A DNA stretch of 64,000 nt from Bacteroidota bacterium. GTDB taxonomy: Bacteria > Bacteroidota > Bacteroidia > Bacteroidales > JAAUTT01. Both the position numbers and the translations under genes were made by a program. The DNA lies in NCBI GenBank assembly GCA_020048915.1, contig JAIFLU010000027.1, positions 7,614-71,613 on the forward strand, given 5' to 3'. Under the pieces are notes generated by a model, which saw only the letters and a list, made by a program, of their open reading frames with translations, was not told the DNA's origin and searched no databases. Shown one piece after another: positions 39,720-48,791 of the stretch (positions are counted from its first letter, which is position 1; the number at the start of each line of letters is the position of its first letter).

Positions 39720-39835
39720 CCTCACCCCTGCCCCTCTCCTGGGAGGAGAGGGGTGCAAGACCGGTAATAAAATGGTTGCCTGTGATTAACGAAGAGCAAA
39801 GTCCCTCTCCTTGCAGGAGAGGGATTAGGGTGAGG
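39720..39835. repeat. Nested-palindrome intergenic repeat, copy B
   Basis: Outer inverted repeat CCTCACCC / GGGTGAGG. Two perfect 10-bp inner hairpins: CCCCTCTCCT-ggg-AGGAGAGGGG at 39731-39753 and TCCCTCTCCT-tgc-AGGAGAGGGA at 39802-39824. Confidence 0.9.
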
Positions 39836-39849
39836 TAAATCGAAACTCA

Positions 39850-41427
39850 ATGAAAATTCAAAATATGATTAATAAATACATCTTAATAATCCTGTTCTGG
39901 TTCTCCACTTTCCCACTTGCCGCCCAGAATACTTTTAACGTAAAAACACTGGGCGCAAACGGAGGTAAAAATCAGCTTGTAACAACCATCATCCAGAAAG
40001 CTATTAACGATTGTGCGGCCAGTGGTGGTGGCATGATTTACTTTCCGCCGGGGGAATATCTTTCTGGAGCAATCACTCTCCGCAGCAACGTAAATATTCA
40101 CCTGGAAGCGGGAGCTACCATTTTCGCCAGCCTCGATATGAAAGATTATGATATTCCCGGCAAGGAAGAAAGATACCGGCATCCGGTACTGTTATATGCC
40201 GACAGCGCTGAAAATATTTCTATTACAGGTAAGGGAACCATTCACGGGCAGGCCAGGCGGGCTTACCTGCCGCTCGAATCAGTGGATGGCTTTATTAAAG
40301 AAGAAACAGAAATGGCGCGCAAGTCAGGCATTGAAATGAAACAATACAACAAGGTGGAACCTTTCACTTTCCTTGTTTTTCTTGTAAACTGCAAAAATAT
40401 TTCCATTACCGATGTAACCCTTTTCGAATCGTGCAACTGGACCCTTCACCTGCAATGGTGCGAAAATGTAAAAATACGAGGCATCAATATCTATTCCGAT
40501 CTTGAAAAAGGCGTGAATGCTGACGGGATTGATGTCGACGGATGCAGGAATGTAATTGTTTCCGACTGCTATATCGAAACCGGCGACGATGCCATTGTAC
40601 TGAAGTCGACACTTTCGAAAGGCAAGTCGCAGCCATGCGAAAATGTGACAGTTACCAATTGCATTCTTACCTCAACCTCCACCGCGCTAAAAATCGGAAC
40701 AGAAACACATTCCGATTTCCGGCATATCCTTTTCGATAACTGTGTAATCCGTAACTCTAACCGGGGTCTGAGCATTGTGGTGCGCGACGGGGCGCAGGTA
40801 AGCGATGTGAAATTTTCGAATATCAGCATGGAACTCAACCGCAAGCACTTTAACTGGTGGGGCAATGCCGACGGGATCTGGCTGGTGGTGCTCAAAAGAA
40901 CCGAAACATCTCGGGTAGGAAATATCAGCAATATCACATTCGACAATATCAGCGGCGATGTTCAGGGAACTTCACGCATTGAAGGGTTTCAGGGAATGCC
41001 GTTGAAAAATATCCGTCTGAACAATGTCCATTTCAGGATGCATGCCGAAACCAAAGCCGACAAAAGGGCTACCGATGGTTTCCGGGCGCACGATGTGGAT
41101 GGGCTTTCACTAACAAACTGCTCGGTGGAATGGAATGATAAGGTCACCGAACTTAAATGGGTTAGCGCTTTTGCATTTGAAAAAATTTCGAACCTGCACC
41201 TGAGAGGACTTGCGGGAAAACAGGCACCAGGCTCCGGTGCGCCTGCCATAAAACTGACAAACATAAGCAATGCTATAGTGGAGAGTTGTTTTGCTCTGGC
41301 TGGCACCGGAACATTTTTAAAAATCATTGGATCGGAAACGAAAAACATTTTTCTGGGGGAAAATTATAGCCATCTTGCTGCTGAGGCAGTGGAAACGGAT
41401 CCGCAAATTAAAAAAGAAATAAAGTAA
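39850..41427 (+). CDS. GH28 family glycoside hydrolase
   Basis: FNVKTLGANGGKNQ...IYFPPGEYLSGAITLRSNVNIHLEAGATIFAS; NADGIDVDGCRNVIVSDCYIETGDDAIVLKS. Confidence 0.85.
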   Translation: MKIQNMINKYILIILFWFSTFPLAAQNTFNVKTLGANGGKNQLVTTIIQKAINDCAASGGGMIYFPPGEYLSGAITLRSNVNIHLEAGATIFASLDMKDYDIPGKEERYRHPVLLYADSAENISITGKGTIHGQARRAYLPLESVDGFIKEETEMARKSGIEMKQYNKVEPFTFLVFLVNCKNISITDVTLFESCNWTLHLQWCENVKIRGINIYSDLEKGVNADGIDVDGCRNVIVSDCYIETGDDAIVLKSTLSKGKSQPCENVTVTNCILTSTSTALKIGTETHSDFRHILFDNCVIRNSNRGLSIVVRDGAQVSDVKFSNISMELNRKHFNWWGNADGIWLVVLKRTETSRVGNISNITFDNISGDVQGTSRIEGFQGMPLKNIRLNNVHFRMHAETKADKRATDGFRAHDVDGLSLTNCSVEWNDKVTELKWVSAFAFEKISNLHLRGLAGKQAPGSGAPAIKLTNISNAIVESCFALAGTGTFLKIIGSETKNIFLGENYSHLAAEAVETDPQIKKEIK

Positions 41428-41460
41428 TGGGAGGTGTTGGTGCAAGATATCTATAATTAT

Positions 41461-41512
41461 TTCTCTGCGGTTTTTAATGTAATTTTACAAAATTTCACAG
41501 AGAACCACAGAG
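41461..41512. repeat. Inverted copy pair of the CACAGAGAACCACAGAG motif family
   Basis: TTCTCTGCGGTT (41461-41472) is the near-perfect reverse complement (11 of 12) of AACCACAGAGAA, part of which lies within CACAGAGAACCACAGAG at 41496-41512. Just downstream of the stop at 41427. Confidence 0.75.
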
Positions 41513-41566
41513 TCCTAAAACTACAAGAACTTTTAAACAGGCCGTAAAACAATAAAGAAAAAAATT

Positions 41567-43036
41567 ATGAAAAACCATATGAAACACTTTAAAATTATAA
41601 CAACATTAACGTTGCTTTTTTCCTTGTCGTTTGTCCAAGCGCAAAAGTATACTGCCGACTGGGCATCGCTCGACACACGCAAAATACCTGAATGGTTTCA
41701 ATTGGACAAATTCGGGATTTTCATTCATTGGGGAGTATATGCTGTCCCTTCTTTTTCAAAAGTTGTGCCCGATGGATACTCCGAGTGGTACTGGTGTAAT
41801 TATAACGATTCTACCCGACAAAATTACAAAGCTGTAAGAGAGTTTCATCAACGAACATATGGAAAGGATTTTACATATGATCAATTTGTTCCAATGTTTA
41901 AGGCTGAATTATTTAATCCAGACGAATGGGCTGCTATTTTTAAGAAATCGGGGGCTAAATATGTGGTTTTGACATCAAAGCATCACGATGGCTATTGTCT
42001 TTGGCCCAGTAAAGAGGCTGACCAGTCGTGGAGTCGTCCCTGGAATGCTTTTACCAGCGGCCCAAAACGTGATGTACTTGGCGATTTGACAAACTCCGTC
42101 AGAAAAGCCGGACTAAAAATGGGATTCTACTATTCCCTGATGGAGTGGTATAATCCGGTTTTTCTGAAAAATAATGCTGCTTATGTAAATGAGGTAATGA
42201 TTCCTCAATTTAAAGATTTGGTAACCAAATACAAACCATCGGTAATTTTTTCGGATGGCGAATGGATTATGGAAGATACCGAATGGAAAAGTCCTGAAAT
42301 CCTATCGTGGCTTTATAATGAATCACCGGTAGCCACAGAAGTTGTTGTAAACGATCGCTGGGGAAAAACAACCCGAAAAATACATCCAAGCACCTATTAT
42401 ACTTCAGAATATGGTTCAGGGATGGATAAAACGGTTGTTTGGGAAGAAAATCGCGGAATGGGGCAATCCTATGGTTATAATCGCATGGAAAAACTCGCCG
42501 ATTACAAAACATCGGAAGAACTTATCCTCATGTTAACGGATATTGTTTCACGAGGTGGGAATTTGCTTCTCGACATTGGTCCGGCTGCCGACGGAACTAT
42601 ACCGGTTATTATGGAAGAACGGCTTTCCGACATAGGGAAATGGCTGGATGTAAATGGAGAAGCTATATATGGAACAACTTCCTGGATACAAGATAAACAG
42701 TGGAGTGAAGGGGAAAAACCCATTATTGGAGGTGGAAATTACCAGACAAATTACGATATAAATCAATTAGTAAAACCGACTGATAAACAAGCTTATATTC
42801 AGCTATTTTTTACCCGAAAAAACACAAATCTTTATTGCATTATTCCTTCTTATTCACCAAAAATTACAATAAATTGCGTTTCAGTAAGTAAGAATTCAAA
42901 AGTAACTGTTATGGGAATCAATAAACCTGTTAGTTGGAAAACTGAGAATGATAAATTAGTGGTTGACCTTTCGGAACTATGCATGATCGCTCCACCAAAT
43001 AAAATTCTTGTAATAAAAATTACCGAAATTGACTAA
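41567..43036 (+). CDS. GH29 alpha-L-fucosidase
   Basis: KFGIFIHWGVYAVPS, YSEWYW and LTSKHHDGYCLWPS, plus a C-terminal beta-sandwich. Confidence 0.9.
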   Translation: MKNHMKHFKIITTLTLLFSLSFVQAQKYTADWASLDTRKIPEWFQLDKFGIFIHWGVYAVPSFSKVVPDGYSEWYWCNYNDSTRQNYKAVREFHQRTYGKDFTYDQFVPMFKAELFNPDEWAAIFKKSGAKYVVLTSKHHDGYCLWPSKEADQSWSRPWNAFTSGPKRDVLGDLTNSVRKAGLKMGFYYSLMEWYNPVFLKNNAAYVNEVMIPQFKDLVTKYKPSVIFSDGEWIMEDTEWKSPEILSWLYNESPVATEVVVNDRWGKTTRKIHPSTYYTSEYGSGMDKTVVWEENRGMGQSYGYNRMEKLADYKTSEELILMLTDIVSRGGNLLLDIGPAADGTIPVIMEERLSDIGKWLDVNGEAIYGTTSWIQDKQWSEGEKPIIGGGNYQTNYDINQLVKPTDKQAYIQLFFTRKNTNLYCIIPSYSPKITINCVSVSKNSKVTVMGINKPVSWKTENDKLVVDLSELCMIAPPNKILVIKITEID

Positions 43037-43262
43037 ATTTTGAAAACTATAATATAAACTAAATTTTAGTATTTGAAAATTCAAGCGGGTAGTTGAAAAA
43101 CTTTGTGGATTATTATACTTTTGATAATGCAAGCTTCACCTGGCTATTGAACTACTATTGTCCGGATAATGCTATCGACCCAAATAGATCTTTAAGTCAT
43201 ATATGATTGACATTTTGATTTATAGTTTTGGAAATTCGAAGGGGTGACAACAGATTTTTTTC

Positions 43263-43319
43263 ACAAAAGGAGCATATTTATATATGAGCAGGCCGTAAAT
43301 TTAAATATGCTCCTTTTGT
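43263..43319. other. Perfect 18-bp inverted repeat with a 21-nt loop
   Basis: ACAAAAGGAGCATATTTA (43263-43280) and TAAATATGCTCCTTTTGT (43302-43319). Confidence 0.8.
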
Positions 43320-43538
43320 TGGCCCGGCATTCGGGTATAGATATAGTTTCATTCCTTTTTACAGGTCTATATTCTTCATAATCTTCTGATCTGACTTATT
43401 TGCTGTCAATTTGTGGTTATTGCATTTAGGCTCCAAAAAAATCATTCCACAGGTTGTTATTTATTTTTGTTGTAATTTAGACCAATTCAAAATACTTTTT
43501 GTAGATTCAAATAAATCAGGAAGTAACGCATTTCGCTC

Positions 43539-43554
43539 TGTGAATTATTTCACA
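43539..43554. promoter_or_regulatory. CRP-type palindrome TGTGA-N6-TCACA upstream of mutA
   Basis: TGTGAATTATTTCACA, both half-sites perfect. It ends 78 nt before the mutA ATG. Confidence 0.35.
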
Positions 43555-43631
43555 AATCAATAACATTTATCAGTTATACCTTAATACATTAATTAGTAAA
43601 TTAGCGACTTCATTTTTAAAAAAGGTGGTTT

Positions 43632-45593
43632 ATGTCGGATGTAAAACAAAAATTATTCAGTGAATTTCCACCAGTTAGTACTGCCGATTGGGAGGCCAAA
43701 ATTACGGCCGACCTCAAAGGTGCCGACTATGAGAAAAAGCTGATATGGAAAACAAACGAAGGCATTAAAGTGAAGCCCTACTATAGGGCCGAAGACCTTC
43801 AAAATCTCGGATACCTTGGGACGAATCCGGGAGAATTTCCTTTTATTAGAGGAAAAAAGACTGCAAATAACGAATGGTATATTCGCCAGGATATTGTAGT
43901 TACGAACCTAGAAGGTGCTAATAAAAAAGCACTTGAGGTTTTGGGCAAGGGAATTACATCCTTATGCTTTGTATTTAAAAAGGGCACAGAAATAAATAAA
44001 CAAAGCCTTTCAACTCTTTTACATAATATTTGCTTAAGTGCCATTGAAATTAATTTCGCTGGTCACAAATCAAATGAAGTTGCAGAATTATTTCTACAAT
44101 ATCTGAAAGAGAAATCGTATGATAACGCTATTGAAGGATCGGTAAATTTTGATCCGCTTGGCCGTCTCTGCAAGAAAGGGAATTTTTGTTGCGATTCACT
44201 GGAAAAGTCCGTTGAAGAAGTTGCAAAACTTATGAAGGCTACTTCACATCTTCCAAATTTTCGGACTGTTGCTGTTCATGGAGTTCATTTTGCCAATGCC
44301 GGCGCCAGTGTCATCCAGGAGTTAGCTTTCGCTTTATCCATGGGGGCTGAGTATTTGAATCTGGTAACTGAAAAAGGAATTTCCCCCTCTCAGGCTGCTT
44401 CCAAAATAAAATTCAATTTTGGGGTAAGTGCTAATTATTTTATGGAGATTGCCAAGTTTCGCGCTGCCCGGTTGCTTTGGTCAAAAATTGTTGAAGCATA
44501 CGATGCTTCTTGCAAAGTGCCGATGCATATTCATGCCGAAACCGCAAAATGGAATCTTACCATGTACGATTCGTATGTGAATTTGCTTCGGACTACCACC
44601 GAAGGAATGTCGGCTGCTATTGCCGGTGTTGATTCATTAACCATTCTTCCGTTCGATGTTACATTTGAAGAGCCTACGGACATTGCCGAGCGTATTGCCC
44701 GTAATCAACAGATCGTTCTCAAAGAGGAAGCTTATTTCGATAAAATTGTAGATCCATCTTCCGGTTCATATTATATCGAAAACCTTACCGATGCTATTAT
44801 TACCGAAGCTTGGAAACAATTTCTCGAAGTTCAGGGAAAAGGTGGATTTGTTGCTGCTTTTAAAGAAGGATTTATTCAGACAAAAGTAAAAGAAGTTGCT
44901 CAAAAGCGGGATTTAGCAATAGCTACCCGTCGCGAAATTGTTTTAGGAACGAATCAATATCCCAATACCAAGGAAATTCTTACCGTAAAACCTTGCGATC
45001 AAACTGCTGCTTGCTGTTGTACATGTTCTAAAGACGGAAAATGTGAATGTGGTCAGGATTGCTGTTGTGGTGACAAAAATTGTAATTGCGATTGCCAGGA
45101 AGGGAAATGCGATTGTAGCTGCTGCGACGACAGCAAACGGGTTGCTGAGCCTTTAAAACTTTATCGTGGTGCTAACGCTTTTGAAAAATTGCGTTTAAAA
45201 ACCGATTTTGCAAATCGTCGCCCTAAAGTTTTTATGCTAACAATTGGTAGTTTATCCATGCGTTTAGCCCGTTCTCAATTCTCCGGAAACTTTTTTGGAT
45301 GTGCAGGCTTCGAAATTATCGATAATAATGGCTTTAAAACCATCGACGAAGGCGTTAAAGCTGCTTTTGATGCAAAAGCTGATATTGTTGTTCTTTGCAG
45401 TAGCGACGATGAATATGTGAATTTTGCTCCTGAAGCATTTGAGAAACTAGGTGGTAAAGCTATTTTGGTTGTTGCCGGCGCTCCGGCTTGCCAGGCCGAA
45501 CTTGAAGCGAAAGGAGTTAAAAACTTCATTAGTGTGAAGTCGAACGTACTGGAAGTACTGAAGTTTTATCAAAGCGAACTGAATATAAACTAA
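43632..45593 (+). CDS. mutA: Methylmalonyl-CoA mutase small (beta) subunit with a Cys-rich insert
   Basis: Lies directly upstream of mutB. Mutase-barrel homology (FEEPTDIAERIARNQQIVLKEE...DPSSGSYYIE). The C-terminal flavodoxin-like domain lacks the DxHxxG cobalamin motif, as expected for MutA. Confidence 0.85.
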   Translation: MSDVKQKLFSEFPPVSTADWEAKITADLKGADYEKKLIWKTNEGIKVKPYYRAEDLQNLGYLGTNPGEFPFIRGKKTANNEWYIRQDIVVTNLEGANKKALEVLGKGITSLCFVFKKGTEINKQSLSTLLHNICLSAIEINFAGHKSNEVAELFLQYLKEKSYDNAIEGSVNFDPLGRLCKKGNFCCDSLEKSVEEVAKLMKATSHLPNFRTVAVHGVHFANAGASVIQELAFALSMGAEYLNLVTEKGISPSQAASKIKFNFGVSANYFMEIAKFRAARLLWSKIVEAYDASCKVPMHIHAETAKWNLTMYDSYVNLLRTTTEGMSAAIAGVDSLTILPFDVTFEEPTDIAERIARNQQIVLKEEAYFDKIVDPSSGSYYIENLTDAIITEAWKQFLEVQGKGGFVAAFKEGFIQTKVKEVAQKRDLAIATRREIVLGTNQYPNTKEILTVKPCDQTAACCCTCSKDGKCECGQDCCCGDKNCNCDCQEGKCDCSCCDDSKRVAEPLKLYRGANAFEKLRLKTDFANRRPKVFMLTIGSLSMRLARSQFSGNFFGCAGFEIIDNNGFKTIDEGVKAAFDAKADIVVLCSSDDEYVNFAPEAFEKLGGKAILVVAGAPACQAELEAKGVKNFISVKSNVLEVLKFYQSELNIN

Positions 45594-45712
45594 ACTCAAA
45601 GACGCAAAAGCTCAGCGATGAAATCTCAAAAGGGATTTGAAAAACTCAATGAGAATATAAAAATTATTATTTCATTCCATCGAAAGAGGCTTTAGCGTTA
45701 AAAAACTATCAT

Positions 45713-47845
45713 ATGAAACCAGATTTTAGTAAAATAAATGTTAAAACAGGCAGCAGTCCGACGAAAGTGAAGTCGGATTCTAACTGGACCACAGCCGAGC
45801 AAATAGCTGTGAAACCAGTTTATACTGCCGATGATTTGCTCGGAATGGAGCATCTCAATTATGCTGCCGGAACAGCGCCCTTTTTGCGCGGTCCATACAG
45901 CACCATGTATGTTATGCAGCCCTGGACTATTCGCCAATATGCCGGATTTTCCACAGCCGAAGAATCGAATGCCTTTTATCGCCGTAACCTGGCTTCTGGT
46001 CAGAAGGGCCTTTCTGTAGCATTCGACCTTGCTACACACCGTGGTTACGATAGCGATCATGAACGTGTACTTGGTGATGTTGGAAAAGCTGGTGTAGCCA
46101 TCGACTCTATCCTCGACATGAAGGTATTGTTCGATCAGATTCCACTCAACAAAATGTCCGTTTCCATGACCATGAACGGTGCTGTGTTGCCAATTATGTC
46201 TTTCTATATTGTTGCTGCTCTCGAACAAGGTGCTAAGCTCGAAGAGTTAACTGGTACCATTCAGAACGATATTTTAAAAGAGTTTATGGTGCGAAACACA
46301 TACATCTATCCTCCGGAAATGAGTATGCGTATCATTGGTGATATTTTCGAGTATACTTCGAAATTCATGCCTAAGTTCAACAGCATTAGTATATCCGGAT
46401 ATCATATGCAGGAAGCCGGTGCTACAGCTGATATCGAATTAGCCTATACATTGGCCGACGGTTTGGAGTACTTACGTACCGGAACCAAAGCCGGGTTAGG
46501 AATCGATGCTTTTGCTCCCCGTCTTTCATTCTTCTGGGCAATTGGAATGAACCATTTTATGGAAATTGCCAAAATGCGTGCTGCCCGTTTATTGTGGGCG
46601 AAAATTGTGAAAAAGTTCGACCCAAAGTCCGAAAAATCGATGGCACTCCGTACGCACTCGCAAACTTCGGGTTGGAGCTTAACGGAGCAAGATCCTTTTA
46701 ATAATGTTGCCCGTACATGTATAGAGGCAATGGCCGCAGCTTTAGGTCATACGCAATCGTTGCACACCAATGCATTGGATGAAGCAATTGCTCTTCCAAC
46801 TGATTTTTCAGCGCGTATAGCCCGTAATACCCAAATTTACATTCAGGAAGAAACCAATATCTGTAAAGCGGTAGATCCCTGGGCTGGCTCATATTATGTG
46901 GAGTCGCTTACTCAGGAACTGGCCGAAAAAGCATGGAAACTCATTGAGGAAGTAGAAGAACTCGGTGGCATGTCGAAAGCCGTCGAAACTGGGATTCCGA
47001 AAATGCGCATTGAAGAAGCTGCCGCCCGCAAACAGGGGCGTATCGATAGCGGTCGCGATACCATTGTTGGTGTTAACAAACACCGGTTGGAAAAGGAAGA
47101 TCCAATTGATATTTTAGATGTTGACAATGCCGCCGTTCGCGAATCGCAAATTAAACGTTTACAAAAACTAAGGGCAGAACGAAATAATGCTGAAGTTCAG
47201 GCAGCTTTGGAAGCTATTACTGAAGCAGCTCGTACCGGAAAAGGTAACTTGCTGGAACTATCAGTTATTGCTGCTCAAAAGCGTGCATCGCTTGGTGAAA
47301 TTTCCGATGCCATTGAAAAAGTTGCTGGGAGGTACAAAGCTGTGATTAGAAGTATATCCGGAGTTTATGCAAGTGAGTCTTCGCAGGATGAAGACTTTAT
47401 TGCTGCCCGTGAGCTTTGCGAAAAGTTTGCAAAGCAGGAAGGCCGTCAACCACGTATTATGATTGCCAAAATGGGGCAGGATGGTCACGACCGTGGCGCA
47501 AAGGTAGTTTCAACAGGATATGCCGATTTAGGTTTCGATGTAGATATTGGCCCGCTGTTCCAGACCCCTGCCGAAGCTGCTAAACAAGCTGTTGAGAACG
47601 ATGTGCATGTCTTGGGCGTTTCATCACTGGCAGCCGGTCATAAAACACTCGTACCAGCAGTTATGGAAGAGCTGAAAAAACTAGGCAGGGAAGATATCAT
47701 GGTAATTGCCGGTGGGGTTATACCTGCGCAGGATTACGATTATCTTTACAAAGCCGGAGTTGTAGCAATCTTTGGACCTGGAACTTCTGTTTCGAAAGCA
47801 GGAAGGAAGATTCTCGAAATTTTACTGGAAGCATTTAAAGCATAA
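45713..47845 (+). CDS. mutB: Methylmalonyl-CoA mutase large (alpha, cobalamin-binding) subunit
   Basis: [43 protein letters not shown], and the B12 motif [13 protein letters not shown]. Confidence 0.95.
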   Translation: MKPDFSKINVKTGSSPTKVKSDSNWTTAEQIAVKPVYTADDLLGMEHLNYAAGTAPFLRGPYSTMYVMQPWTIRQYAGFSTAEESNAFYRRNLASGQKGLSVAFDLATHRGYDSDHERVLGDVGKAGVAIDSILDMKVLFDQIPLNKMSVSMTMNGAVLPIMSFYIVAALEQGAKLEELTGTIQNDILKEFMVRNTYIYPPEMSMRIIGDIFEYTSKFMPKFNSISISGYHMQEAGATADIELAYTLADGLEYLRTGTKAGLGIDAFAPRLSFFWAIGMNHFMEIAKMRAARLLWAKIVKKFDPKSEKSMALRTHSQTSGWSLTEQDPFNNVARTCIEAMAAALGHTQSLHTNALDEAIALPTDFSARIARNTQIYIQEETNICKAVDPWAGSYYVESLTQELAEKAWKLIEEVEELGGMSKAVETGIPKMRIEEAAARKQGRIDSGRDTIVGVNKHRLEKEDPIDILDVDNAAVRESQIKRLQKLRAERNNAEVQAALEAITEAARTGKGNLLELSVIAAQKRASLGEISDAIEKVAGRYKAVIRSISGVYASESSQDEDFIAARELCEKFAKQEGRQPRIMIAKMGQDGHDRGAKVVSTGYADLGFDVDIGPLFQTPAEAAKQAVENDVHVLGVSSLAAGHKTLVPAVMEELKKLGREDIMVIAGGVIPAQDYDYLYKAGVVAIFGPGTSVSKAGRKILEILLEAFKA

Positions 47846-47865
47846 TTTAAACGCTAATAATTTTC

Positions 47866-47896
47866 AGGCCGTTCATTTTTTGGACGGCCTTTTTTA
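47866..47896 (+). terminator. Rho-independent terminator after mutB
   Basis: AGGCCGT(T)C-attttttg-GACGGCCT followed by TTTTTT. Confidence 0.75.
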
Positions 47897-48497
47897 TTTA
47901 GAAAAGCAATTTATTACAGATAATTAGAAATAGATTGACCTAATAATCTAAAATTGATTTTATTTAATCTGTAATTTGGATCATTCGTTGGATATTCAGC
48001 AATCCTTTCTGCAAATAATCAATATGCAGCATTAAGGAAATATATGATAACCCATAAGACCACTATGGCTACAAAATTTAAAAGTCTTTCCTTCATTCTG
48101 ATTCAATTTAGGATTTGAATATATAGATGGTTAAAAATGCAAAAGGTTGCATTGGAAATTAAAAAAATTTAAATTTTTTTTAAATAAATTAACGTAAGCT
48201 TATATAAATTATTGTTTTGTCCAATCTATTAAACATTTAAGAAAAACTGCAATTCAAAAATTCATTATTTTTCTTGATAAATATTACTGTAATTAAATTA
48301 TTAAAAATTTTCAAACCCTAAATTTTTGTTTTTTATACGTTAAAAAAATAGTATTACTTGTTAGCATGCATATTAAGCGGATGTTAAGATTCATTAACTA
48401 TTATATCTATTTTAGTAATATATCCCTCCAAATTCTATCCCAAACATTTCTACCTTTCCAAAAAAATCCCAATTTTGCATTTCATTAATTGCTTTTC

Positions 48498-48791
48498 ATG
48501 AAAACGTTTCCCGAATTAACATTGCAAACCATAGTACAACGTAATCCTAAGCTCATTGCCAACCAAATGGATGGTGAAATTGTGATGATGAGTATTGATA
48601 ACGGCGAATATTATGGCTTAGACGAAATAGGCAGTCGAATTTGGGAATTGATGGAAATGCCCATTTCTATTGCTAAATTGACAGATACTTTATTAGTAGA
48701 ATTTGAAGTGGATCGGGATGAATGTTTAAGTGATACAATAGATTTTTTGAAAGATTTGCAGGAAAAAAATCTTTTATTAATTAATGAATGA
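48498..48791 (+). CDS. PqqD-family peptide-binding protein (RRE; lasso B1-like)
   Basis: RNPKLIANQMDGEIVMMSIDNGEYYGLDEIGSRIWELMEMPISIAKLTDTLLVEFEVDRDECLSDTIDFLKDLQEKNLL is a typical PqqD/RRE pattern. The stop overlaps the next start (ATGA at 48788). Confidence 0.8.
   Translation: MKTFPELTLQTIVQRNPKLIANQMDGEIVMMSIDNGEYYGLDEIGSRIWELMEMPISIAKLTDTLLVEFEVDRDECLSDTIDFLKDLQEKNLLLINE

Noticed and set aside
22892-41348. Dozens of 60-230-aa ORFs antisense to, or out of frame with, the large PUL genes (for example 32307-32999, 35844-36395, 37627-38124, 27765-28262)
   Set aside because: Each lies entirely inside a long ORF with clear family motifs. Their sequences are low-complexity and Arg/Pro/Gly-rich, typical of non-coding frames in GC-richer DNA.
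43037-43631. Possible cobalamin riboswitch in the long leader before the B12-dependent mutase genes
   Set aside because: I could not find a B12-box-like GCCACTG-type core or the expected GC-rich multi-stem structure. The region is AT-rich. A covariance-model scan would be needed to exclude it fully.
48044-48488. Short ORFs in the AT-rich spacer (24 aa at 48044-48118, 11 aa at 48137-48172, 40 aa at 48366-48488) as annotated genes
   Set aside because: They are too short and compositionally biased to call as features, and they lack lasso-core hallmarks. They are kept only as candidates within the RRE/B2 finding.
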